A stretch of 63,418 nucleotides of DNA, counting the filler, from Reclinomonas americana ATCC 50394 (taxonomy: Eukaryota): the NCBI GenBank assembly GCA_048213135.1. It is 10 parts of 6 records of this genome, joined end to end, with 100 filler letters (N's around TTAATTAATTAA, not from the genome) between each part and the next. Parts side by side here need not be neighbours in the genome. Positions count along the whole stretch, not along the records: positions 1 to 12,742 come from PS015739.1; positions 12,843 to 16,042 come from PS015739.1; positions 16,143 to 29,130 come from AFZH01015342.1; 7 more parts are not named here. One strand, written 5' to 3'. Below, one piece after another: positions 1 to 16,601 of the stretch. Each line of letters begins with the position of its first letter. The first letter of the stretch is position 1. A model generated the notes under the pieces. The model saw only the letters and a list, made by a program, of their open reading frames with translations, searched no databases and was not told the DNA's origin. The position numbers were made by a program, and so were the translations under genes.

Positions 1-2344
1 CTGATGGTCGTTCCGGAGCCGGCAATGGCCGACCACGCCGTGGCTGCGTGCGTAAACTACCTGCTCATCAACCCGCAAATGCGACGGCTGTCTCTCGTCA
101 GTTGCGCCGTTCTTTTTTTCTCTACTCCTGTCCTCCCTACGTTCCCTTGTTCACTTTTTGCCGACCACAGGCCACGACATTTCCTCTGCCGGTATGATGC
201 GCCTCGCCGAGGCCGTGGAACATGCCGGTCACATGACGGACCTCGACGTGCGCATGAACTTTGTCAATCGACAGGCTGTGCTGCGACTGCAGGAGTGCGC
301 TCGTCGCACCCCATCGCTTCGTTCGCTGCGCTACACGGACCCCGAGGCCGCCGAGGCGTATCGCGTCGCGTGCAAGGAACTCGCCGCTGCCAAGCAGGAG
401 TTTCAAGAGGTCAAGAGCTTCACCACGCCGACCATGCCAGTGTTGTTTGTGATGCGACAGGTGCGTCTCTTGTGCCGTGAACGAGTTGTGTGTTGGGGAG
501 ACTCACTGTGGTGTGGTGGTGGTGGCAGATTCTGACCACTCTTGGCGACGTGGAGCCGCATCGCGAGTTGAGCTGGACGCAAGTCAAGCGACACTTGGGT
601 TCCTTCAGTCGCCTGCCCGAGCGCCTCCTGGCGTTCGCCATGCACAATGTGACCGCGTTGGCAGCGGATCCGTCGCGCCTGCGCCCGTGGACTGTGGCTC
701 CTGACCTTGATCCGGCACCGCTGCGCCGTGCCTCGATGGCGTGCTTCCGTGTGGCATCGTTCTTCCAGGCACTGCACGGAGTGCTCGTGTCGGGTCGCGA
801 GCAAGAGGATCTGTTGCTGCAGAGGCGCACCAGCCAGCACGAGCAGCGACTGCAGCGTGAGGCCAGCAGTGGAAGCCTGTCGCCGCGTTCACCTCGCTCC
901 CCACTGTCACCGCGCTCTCCTCTGTCGCCGAGGACGCCGCGCAGTCCACTGTCGCCGCGCGCTTCGCTGTCGCCTCGTGGTGCCGCCGCCGCGGCCGCCG
1001 CCGCTGGCGGCAATGGCAATCCTTTGTCTCCGCGCACTCCGCGCTCCACTCTGAACCGCGCCAACTCAATGGACAGCAGCAGCTCGCTGTCGCCACGCGG
1101 TGGCACCGGCAGCCGACGCGCTCCGCTCTCCTCACGCACCCGTGCACCATACGTCGGTGACCTGTTCAACGCCTTTTTCGACCTTCCCGACATTTGCCAT
1201 TCGCGCATCATCTCGTTCCTGCCGGTGGAGACGACGCAGCGCATCTGGAAAGTGTCGCGCGCGTTTTTCCGCATTCTTCGTTGCGTCTTTTCTTTCTTTG
1301 TTTCCTTACAGCAGCCGTCATTGCTTTGTTACTGACTTCTTCCGTGGGTGCTCAGGCGCGCACGTCACCGCCGTGATCTTCTCCGGACCGACTCTGAGTG
1401 TGTCCAGCGTGGAAAACCTCGCCTCGCTGACCTCTCTGTCGGTGCGACCCGGGTGGCCGCGCATCGGCGACGAGGGCGTCATGGTCGTGTGTGCTGGTCT
1501 TCGCTATGTTTCGTCACGCTACTGCCTGCACTTTCCTCCCCCTCGCTCCATCTGACTCTCTGTGTGTGCAGTCGCGTCGAGTGCGCGAGTTGCGACTGAA
1601 GGACCAGGACATTACGAAGCGCGGTGTGCGAGTCTTGATCGACGCACTGCAGCGATCGCCACACATCGAGGTGGTCGACTTGCGCATGAATCCCATTGAT
1701 CTGGAGGGTGTGGAGGAGCTGCGGCAGTATGTGCTCGAGTCGTCGACACTGCGCTCGGTGCTCATCACAGGTTTGTGACGCATGGTCGCACACGCATGGT
1801 CTCCCGTTGCATTGCTCACTCGGTCACGCTTTGCGTGCTGCAGAACCGGACCTCAGCTGCCAGTTTGCTCAAGTCCGCACGGAAGCGCTGCGCGAGTCTG
1901 AACTCAAGGAGTTGCTCAAGTTCATCAGGCCACCGCCGCCAGTGGTCGACGTCATGGAGGAGCTCATGCAGACGCTGTCGGTGTCGGTGGCCGGCGAGTT
2001 GCACGCTGCGTCGCGGTGGAACTTTATCACCAAGTCGCTGCGTGGCTTCAATGGCAGCCTGACGCGCGCCATGGAGATGCTGCCGCACAATAGCGCTCTG
2101 TGCACCGAGGAGCGTCTGCGGCCGTGGACCAATCCAATCTTCCACCCAGTTTCGCCCTGTCCGTCCCCATGCTTTTTAGTTGTTTGCCCTCTCACACCCT
2201 CCGCACTCGCAGCCGACGTTGCGACGCTCGTCAACGGCCGCCGCCGCTGTGGCGCTGTATTTCCGCGGTCTCAACGCCGTACTCATGGCCGACCTGGAAC
2301 TCGTGCCGGCGGCCGCCGAAGTCGTCGACAATCGCGCGCGTTGA
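1..2344 (+). CDS. LRR (RNI-like)/F-box protein with two dynein-stalk MTBD-like domains; 5'-partial, 7 exons
   Basis: Phase-compatible GT-AG introns (donors at 101, 461, 1280, ~1508, ~1771, ~2149). LRR-type segments (VRELRLKDQDITKRGVRVLIDALQRSPHIEVVDLRMNPI), F-box-like FFDLPDICHSRIISFLPVETTQRIWKVSRAF, SPxSPR repeats at ~877-1100, and two MTBD-like blocks. Stop TGA at 2342-2344. Confidence 0.7.
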
Positions 2345-3182
2345 CGGGATAGGATAGATTACCATTTTTGCTTTTCGTTATTGATGTTGTTGTTTTTGTT
2401 TTATGTTTTGCTGTGTAACATGAGGAAATGAAATCGCGGGAGGAACAATGCTTCTTCGTACCACCACCATCACTTTGCATTCAACCTACTCTCGCAAAGC
2501 AACAACGACGACGAAGCACGACAATGATATATATGGACACAAGGACATTCTAACAGCAAGAGACACGCTACAGGAACCAAAACCACCGACATACTGAGGA
2601 CTAGGGGGGAAACGGAATAAAACGATGAAGAAAAAAAGAAGACTACGACTCTGCCGACACACCCGACTGCACGCACCGTATTCCACAACAAACAAGCAAG
2701 CACCCCTCTCCACCCATCACCACCGACAGCCAGACTGAAGCATGGCTGCGGTGAATGAGAGTTGCTGCTGCAGCCACCACCACCACCATCACAATCACCA
2801 ATGGCGAATCAGCCCATCTCCACTATAGAGAACTTGGATGGGCATGGCCGACGATGAATGGGCGACAATGGTGGGGAGCAGCAGTCAATGAGAGAGAATA
2901 GCAGCAGTTTGTGCAGAGTGCGCGCACCAACATGGCGAGTGCACGACAGAATCCAAGAGCGAAACCAGGTAAGAAAGAGAGGAAAACAAGGAAACAGGAA
3001 GACACAGGGCGAGGGGAGAAAGGAAAAGAGAGAGAATGAGATGACAGAGCGACGGGTGAGATGCGTGAAAGCGTGCGGGAAACAGTCTCACGACTGCCTT
3101 GATGCTCCACACGCCTCACACACCACGCCATTCGCCACCACCACTCCTCTCCTTGCCCGCGTCCCCACTTGCGTGTGCCTGC

Positions 3183-6159
3183 TTACTTCTTGCCCTTCTC
3201 CTCGAACTCGGCCTCGGTCGGGCCGCTCGAAGACGACGACGACTGCGCAAACACAAAGTGAGTTTTCCCACACACACGCGCACACCACTGGACAGAAACG
3301 CAACAGCATTGCGGTGAATGTGCTCGCCAATCTTCATCGAAGCCGTTGTGACGGCCTCCTTGGCCTGACGGATACCCTCGATATCGTCGCGGCCGACAGC
3401 CTCGCGCAGGTTGGCAATCTCCTTGCGGAGAGCGTCAGAAATCTCCTGCGGCACCTTGCTCTTGTACTCCGACAGCGTCTTCTCCGACGAGTGCAGCAGA
3501 CCCTCGGCGTCGTTCTTCAACTCGACGAGTTCCTACGCAGGCCAAAAAATGAGCAACAACAGAAGCCCCAGACGCAGCCACATTCGCATCATTATTCTTC
3601 TACAAACCCTGCGAGTGCGATCCTCGGCAGCGTGCGCCTCAGCGTCGCGAATCATGCGCTCAATCTCCGCCTCCGACAGGCCACCCTGCGGGCGCACCGA
3701 CGTCTGCTGCTCCTTGCCAGTGGCCTTGTCCTTGGCCGACACGTGCACAATGCCATTGGCATCGATCTCGAAAGTCACCTCCACCTGAGGCACTCCGCGA
3801 GGCGCCGGCGGGATGCCGACCAGATCAAAGTTGGCCAGCAGCTTGTTGTCGGCAGCCATCTCACGCTCGCCCTGCAGCACCTTGATCGACACCTGAGTCT
3901 GGTTGTCGGCGGCAGTGCTGAATGTCTGGCTGCGCTTGGTCGGCACGGTCGTGTTGCGCGGAATCAGGCGGGTGAACACACCGCCGAGCGTCTCAATGCC
4001 CAGCGACAGCGGCGTCACATCCAGCAGCAGCACGTCCTTCACCTCGCCCATAAACACACCACCCTGAATGGCGGCACCCATGGCCACGACCTCGTCCGGG
4101 TTCACACCCTACGTGTGCGCGCCACGTACGTGAGAAAACAAGACAAAAAACTGCACCCGCCGCGGGGATCACACAAAACCTTGAACGGCTCCTTGCCAAA
4201 GAACTTGGTGACGACCTCCACGACGCGGGGCATGCGAGTCATGCCACCGACCAGAATCACCTCGTTGATGTTCGACAGACCGACACCGGCGTCCTTGATG
4301 GCAGCGCGGCACGGATCGACAGTCTTCTGAATCAGGCTCTCCACCAGCGACTCCAGCTTCGAGCGCGACATCTTCATGTTCAAGTGCTTCGGTCCCTGAG
4401 CGTCGGCAGTGATAAACGGCAGGTTGATCTCCGTCTGCAGCGTGGAGCTCAGCTCGATCTTGGCGCGCTCGGCCGCGTCCTTCATGCGCTGCATGGCCAT
4501 CGAATCGTTCGACAGATCAATGCCAGTCTGCGAGGCTGGCGAGTGAGTGATCTGCGGCCAGCCACGACTGTGAACGGGCGAGGAAACCAACCTCCTTCTT
4601 GAACTCGTCGCACAGGTAGCGCAGGATGGTGTTGTCAAAGTCTTCGCCGCCGAGGAACGTGTCGCCGTTGGTGCTCTTCACCTCAAACACACCGTCGTTC
4701 AACTCGAGCACCGAGATATCGAAAGTGCCGCCACCGAGGTCGTACACGGCCACGGTGCGCGCCTCGCGCTTGTCCAGACCGTAGGCCAGCGCCTGTGCGA
4801 GGGAGGGAGAGCAGGTGAGTCTCGCGGCACGCCAATGAGAAGAGAGAGGATGAATACAAACGCAACGGCAGCAGTCGGCTCGTTAATCACACGCATGACA
4901 TCCAGACCGGCAATACGTCCAGCGTCCTTGGTGGCCTGGCGCTGGGGGTCGTTGAAGTACGCGGGCACGGTGATGACGGCCTTGGAGACCGGGCGGCCGA
5001 GGTACGCCTCAGCAGTCTCCTTCATCTTGGTCAGAATGAAGGAACCGATCTGCGCCGGCGAGTACTTCTTGCCGTCGGTGGTGGCGACCCAGGCATCGTT
5101 GCTGTTGTCGGCCTTGACAATCTTGAATGGCACCATCTTGGACTCCTTCTGTGTCTGCGGGTCGTTGAAGGCGCGGCCAATCAGACTGCATGGCGACAAC
5201 ACAAAACACGTGAGTTTTTGAGTGCTGAGGGAAGAAGAGTGTGTGCGATTGCTCACGCACCGCTTGGTGGCGTAGAACGTGTTGGCACCATTGGTGACCG
5301 CCTGGCGCTTCGCCGGCTGGCCCACCAGACGCTGTCCGTCGTCCTGTTCGAGTGGCAACAAGGCGGAGTGAGCCGGCGGCTGACGCGAGGGAAGAGAGGC
5401 ACACGCAACAGTAAAGGCGACAATGGACGGCGTGGTGCGTGCGCCTTCCGAGTTCTCCAGCACCTTGGGCTGACCACCCTCCATCAGCGCCACACAGCTG
5501 TTCGTCGTCTGCACGCGAGATAAGAAGCTCACAATTAGACTCGCAGAAGGGGAAAAAGATTCGCATCAGCATCCTCAATGCAAAAACGCACTCTGTGCGT
5601 GGGAGAAGGAAGAGTGAGCTTCTGTCGTCAGAAGACAGATACACACACACACACACACACACTCACCCCAAATCGATTCCAATGACGACATCGGCCTTAC
5701 TGTAGACACACGCACACACAGCGGAAGTAAGAGGACATGTCGCACAAAACTCCGCGTGCTCAACTGCGCGGAGACACCACTGACGAAGACGGAGCTCACC
5801 TGGCAAACGACTGTAGATGGCGATGATGATGATGGGCACAACACAGACAAGGAGAGGAAAAGCAGTCAGTCAAGATGCACACGTCAGCATCACACATACA
5901 CAAAACGACAGATTGTCAGGCGGAGAGCGCGAAAGACAACAACAACGACAGAGAGAGCGAGCGCATCAGACTGGCAAGGCGAGGAGAGGGGAGGCAGAGG
6001 GGCGACATGCACATGCGCATGCGCAAACACACACTAATGTAAACACACAGAGAGAGAGAGAGAGAGAGAATGCAACGCAACTCGCGCCGCAGCCTGGCGC
6101 AACAACGGCAGTGAGGACGACGACGACGCGCCAACAAAGCGACGCGCTGCAAGCAACAT
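3183..6159 (-). CDS. HSPA9: Mitochondrial Hsp70 (DnaK-type, mortalin/Ssc1 orthologue)
   Basis: Spliced product begins [48 protein letters not shown] (Arg/Ser-rich presequence). It contains [66 protein letters not shown] and [14 protein letters not shown]. Includes an 11-nt exon (5800-5810) and a 1-nt exon (5592). Confidence 0.95.
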
Positions 6160-6238
6160 CTTCTCTCGTGTTCCGATCTAAAGAAACCGAATAGTGGGAC
6201 GAAGGGACGCGCGCAGGACCACTCTTACGTTTCGTCTC
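6160..6238. promoter_or_regulatory. Putative bidirectional promoter between the Hsp70 and eEFSec start codons
   Basis: Divergent ATGs at 6159 (-) and 6239 (+) are separated by only 79 nt. Confidence 0.55.
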
Positions 6239-8917
6239 ATGAGCGAAGGGAGCGCTTCTGCTGCTGCTCCTGCTGCAGACGATGCATTGCCACCGTTGAA
6301 TATCAATGTGGGAATTCTGGGGCATGTGGATAGCGGAAAGACCACACTTGGTGAGTGAGAAAAGAACAAAAAAGTCTTTCTCACTCTCTCTGACTTTCCT
6401 GTTTTGCATCAGCTCGTTCTCTGTCAACAGTGGCCTCGACCGCGTCGTTTGATAAGAGCCCGCAGAGTCAGGAACGCGGCATCACACTCGACTTGGGATT
6501 CTCGTCGTTCTCTGTTGACTTGCCGGAGCATCTCGGGCCAGAGGTCTTGTTACGCGCATTCTCCGCGTGTGTGTTCTCCTCAGTGTCCAATCAGTCTTTT
6601 GTGTCTCGCATTTCAATGCTGTGAATGCATGATCGTGTCTCCTGCTCCTCATCATTCTTCTTCTCATCCTTCTTCTTCTTCTTCTCCATCATCATCTTCT
6701 TCTTCATCTTCTTCTCCTCCTCCTCCTTCCCACTGTGCAGTTCTCCTCCTGTTCGTCTTCTTCTTCTCCTGCTTCTGCTGCTTCTCCTCCTCGTCCTTCA
6801 TGTGCTTCTCCTTCTCCTTGTCGTTCTCTTCCTCCTCCTCCTCCTTCTCCTCTTGTTCTTGTTCTTGCTCTTGTTGTTGTTGTTGTTGTTGTTCTTCTTC
6901 TTCTTCTCCTCCTCTTCTTTTTGTTCATCTTCTTCCTCTTCTTCTTCCTCTTCTTCTTCTCCTTCTTCTTTTTCTTCTTCCTCTTCTTCTTCTTCACCTT
7001 CGTCTTTCTTCTTCTCCTTCTTCTTCTCCTCCTCCTCTTCCTCCTACTCCTCCTCCTCCTCCTCCTCTTCCTCCTCCTCCTCCTTTTCCACCACCACCTC
7101 CTCCTCCTCCTCCCCCTTCGCCCTCATCCCTCATCCCTTCCCGTCTTCTCGCTCCAGGTGGCCTCCCGCTACTCCCGCCTCCAATTCACGCTCGTCGACT
7201 GCCCCGGCCACGCCTCACTCATCCGCGCCGTCATTGGTGGCGCGCAAATTATCGACTCGATGATCCTCGTGATCGACATTCAAAAGGGCATCCAGACGCA
7301 GACGGCCGAGTGCATTGTCATTGGAGAGATTCTCGCCGGCGACCTGGTGGTGGCCCTCAACAAGGTCGACCTGATTCCGGCCGAGGCGCGCGAGGAGGCC
7401 ATTCGGAAAATGTCGCTCCGCCTCTCCAAGACCTTTGCGACGTCGACGCGGTTCGGGGCCGAGGTGCCGATTGTGCCAGTGAGTGCACTGACGGGTGGCA
7501 TTGAGGCGCTGGTGGCCACGCTGCGACAGCGTGTGCGCGTACCGCAACGGGACTCGAAGCCGTCGCGCTTCGTGGCCGCCATTGACCACTGTTTCAGTGT
7601 GCGTGGCGTGGGTACGGTGTTGACGGGCACGGTGCTCAGCGGCAGTGTGTCTGTTGGCGACAACATTGCGGTGCCGTCGGCGGGCGACTCGGAACTGCAC
7701 CGCGTCAAGTCGCTGCAGGTGTTTCATCGACCGGTGCAGCGGGCGGCGCAGGGCGATCGGGTCGGCATGTGTGTGCACGGAGTGGACGCCAGCAGCATGG
7801 AGCGCGGACTGGTCGGCGCCCCCGGCAAACTGGTGCACGTGAATGCGTGTGTGTGCTCGGTGCATCCGGTCAACTTTTTCAAGCTGGACGCCCCCTCGCG
7901 CTCCAAGTTTCACATTACCGTGTCGCACACCACCGTCATGGCCACTGTCAACTTCTTTTCACCCCCACTCGCCGCCGTCGATGCCGATCGAGGTGGCAGC
8001 AGTTCGGGTGCACCATCGGCACCGGTGGAGGCTGCCGCGCTGTCGCGAGTGGCACTGGAGGGTGTGCAGGACGAGCGTGCGCGCTTCACTCTCGACATGG
8101 ACTTCCTGGACGACGCAGAGATGCGGCGAGCGGGCAGTGGCACCGCGGCCGGCGGCGGCAGCAGCACCACCACGACAACAACAGCAACCTCGTCGAGTGC
8201 CGCAGGTCCGTCGGCGGCGGCCGGTGATGGTGGCGACGACGGCGATGGCGACGGCGATGATGACGCTCCACGCAAGTCGCTGATTGACGAGCCACGAGCG
8301 CCGTACCAGTTCGCCCTGTTGCGATTCGACCAGCCCGTGTTGGTGCCACACGATGCGCTCCTCATTGCATCGCGCCTCGACACCGACATTCGTTGCGTCG
8401 CGCCATATGTCCTCATTCTCTCCGTCTCGTGTGTGCTGATGATGAGGCACACAACACAGACTCGCCCGTCTGTCGCCTGGCCTTCCACGGACACATTGTG
8501 TCGCCACCGCTCACCGACGACATGCTGGCGCAGCTGCGGCTGTACAAGCCGAAGGCCAAGACGGGAATCATTGAGCGTGTGCAGGATGCGTACACGGTGA
8601 TTGCGCGCCGTATGTTCAAAAAGGACACCGATATGAGTGTGTTTCTCGGGTTGCGCGTCACCACCTCCACGGGCGAGGTCGGTGTGATTGACTCGCCATT
8701 CGGCAAGTCGGGCAAGTTCAAGGTTCGCTTCCCGTCGGGCGGCATCACCGACGCCTGGAAGGGCCGCGAACTGTACCTTCGCTTCAAGAAGTACATGCAC
8801 AGTTTTGGCAGCGCTGCTTCCGGCAGTGGAGGCGCCTCGTCGTCTGGCGGCAGTGGCTCCTCCTCCTCGTCGGCTGCCGGAGCCGGCAAGGGCGCACACC
8901 GAAAAATCCACCAGTAG
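6239..8917 (+). CDS. EEFSEC: Selenocysteine-specific elongation factor eEFSec (SelB), 4 exons
   Basis: NINVGILGHVDSGKTTL, STASFDKSPQSQERGITLDLGFSSF, QFTLVDCPGHASLIRAVIGGAQIID, AIDHCFSVRGVGTVLTGT, SRLDTDIHSPVCRLAFHG and FGKSGKFKV match the eEFSec family. Confidence 0.93.
6650..7115 (+). repeat. Compound (TCT)n/(CTC)n/(TGT)n microsatellite in eEFSec intron 2
   Basis: Directly visible pyrimidine-rich trinucleotide runs; source of the spurious poly-S/L/F ORFs in the track. Confidence 0.9.
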
Positions 8918-8999
8918 AACACGCAACGAATAGAAAAACACAAAAAAAACACGCGATTTTCACTGATATTCGATTTCAACTATTGACAGGAGCGGCGTA

Positions 9000-14703
<5,704 letters not shown>

Positions 14704-14724
14704 CCTGCTCTCTCACACACACAC

Positions 14725-16475
14725 TTACACTACTTGATCGAGTTGCGCAGCATCAAACAACTGCGGGACAGCACGTCGCCACATGAGCAGCGGGTGCGAG
14801 GCCGGAACTTCGGCTTGTGGACCCATCAAGCCTGTTCTACGCAGCATCTCACTGTGTAGCGTCATTGCTGCAGTGCCGCTCAAGGCCGCGGATTGGCGGT
14901 CGCGCAGGAAGTCAAAGTGGTCGGCGGAGACGGTGTTGTCGCCGTGCTGCACGTACCAGTAGAGCGTGGGCGCGTCGAGCATGATGATGCGGTGGGATTG
15001 GAGGAGTTGGTGCATGGCGACTGTGTCCTCGCCGCGGTTGAGGTTGCCGTAGGGCGGCATGGCTGACTTGCGGCACACGAGTGTGTTGTCCTGGTGCCAC
15101 ATGACGGAGAAGCGGAGGGTCGGCGGCCACACGTTGGCGTGCCAGATGATCTCGCGCGCCAACGTCGATGCGGCCACGGACTCGTCGGCGAAGCGCACAA
15201 TGGCCTGCATTTGCACGGCCAGGCGATCTGGATCGTAGATATCGTCGTCGTCCCACACGGCCACGTACTCGCCACGTGCCATCTCCACGGCAAAGTTGCG
15301 CTGCGTGCCCAGTGTCATCTGTTCGCGCTCCTCCTCCGACGAGGTGCGGATGCCAAACAGGCGGATGCGTGAGTCGCCCAGGCGCTGCAGCACGCTGTCG
15401 AGCATGCGTTCCGTCGCCGGGTTCTTCGTCACAATCACCAGCTCGCGATTGGCATACGTCTGCAGCTGGAACAGGTACACCGCGCGCAGGGCGTGCCACA
15501 CGCGTCGATCGGTGATCATCAGGCACGACACGAGCGGCAGGTCGGGCGATTCAGGCGAAAAGTACGGCGCCGGGAACGTGCGACTGTCGCCAAACATGAT
15601 ACCGCGCGCAATGACCAGCACTTCTGTTGGATTCGCGGGCGACGGATGCTTGTCCGTGATCAGATAGCCAACATCGGTGAGCGCTGAGAGGCGAGCGCGT
15701 GTGTGTGAGCGAGTGAGTCAAGCAACAACGAAACACACCGAACGAACCACGACCGCTGCCCTCAATCAACTGCACAGTGACGAAATCAGTGAAGATGATG
15801 ACGCGCGTGAGAGGGGCGACTCAAGAGGAGGAGGAGGAGGCACGCACCCAGTCTCGCATGTTCTCTGTGATGGGTGGGTGCTGCAGCTCGTTGGCGGGTG
15901 TCTCCTTGGCGACCAGTTGCCACGAGCCGCGTCCAATGCCTCCAATGCTCTGTCCGTCTTTCTCAGGGTCGGGAGGAGGTCCACACACGAGCAGAGTGAA
16001 GGTGTCGGTGAGAGGGTAGTAGATCCACCAGCGGAGAGAGCANNNNNNNNNNNNNNNNNNNNNNNNNNNNNNNNNNNNNNNNNNNNTTAATTAATTAANN
16101 NNNNNNNNNNNNNNNNNNNNNNNNNNNNNNNNNNNNNNNNNNCGTGGAGCGCAGGAAGAGAGTTGGGTGTCGTGTGCAGAAGCATGCGCGCGTCTGTGCA
16201 CAGAGTGAGTGTGTGCGAGAGTGAGAGAGTGTGTATGTGCACGTAATCAGCGCACCTCTTCGCCTGCAATGGACACCGCATGGTCGACAGCCACTGTGCG
16301 CGCGCGCACACACACGTCATTCAATGCACACACATAGACACACTCACACACAACAACTGACGCAACATTGCGCATTGCTGTGTCTCACAAGGCACACACA
16401 GGCGACAAGGAGGAGGAGGAGGAGGAGAGGAAACCGCAGATAACACACGGCCTCTCTTCTTCTCTCCGCAATCAT
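14725..16475 (-). CDS. GT2-family (GT-A fold) glycosyltransferase, paralog 1, with signal/anchor and Cys-containing N-domain; 5 exons
   Basis: PLVSCLMIT, QTYANRELVIV, TLGTQRNFAVEMARGEYVAVWDDDDIYDPDRLAVQM and GED motifs. Hydrophobic exon 1 (MIAERRREAVCYLRFPLLLLLLLVACVCLV). Exon 3 reads continuously across the spacer at 16043-16142. Confidence 0.85.
16043..16142. other. Artificial scaffold spacer N44-TTAATTAATTAA-N44 (others at 12743, 29131, 31442, 37386, 39239, 53733, 55677, 59482)
   Basis: The same 100-nt linker, with stops in all six frames, occurs nine times. Here the flanks join with no missing base (LRST|CSL), matching paralog 2. Confidence 0.95.
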
Positions 16476-16601
16476 CGATTTGATCAATATTATGCACCTT
16501 TCCCGCCAATTCTTTGTCGCAAATGGACTTCAGAGAAGGCCGCCCCACACACACACACGACAAAGCATGGATTGTCTAAGCTGTATTCTCTCCGCGGTCC
16601 A

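Noticed and set aside
2480..2960. Small spliced minus-strand membrane protein downstream of Hsp70
   Set aside because: A model can be drawn but has no homology or motif support.
2858..4330. 490-aa plus-strand ORF
   Set aside because: Antisense shadow of the Hsp70 exons caused by GC-rich codon bias; no recognisable motifs.
5509..5666. Non-canonical TG-AG or GT-CA intron in Hsp70
   Set aside because: Two canonical GT-AG introns around a 1-nt exon explain the frame more simply.
6404..7157. Poly-Ser/Leu/Phe/Lys ORFs
   Set aside because: Translations of the microsatellite in eEFSec intron 2.
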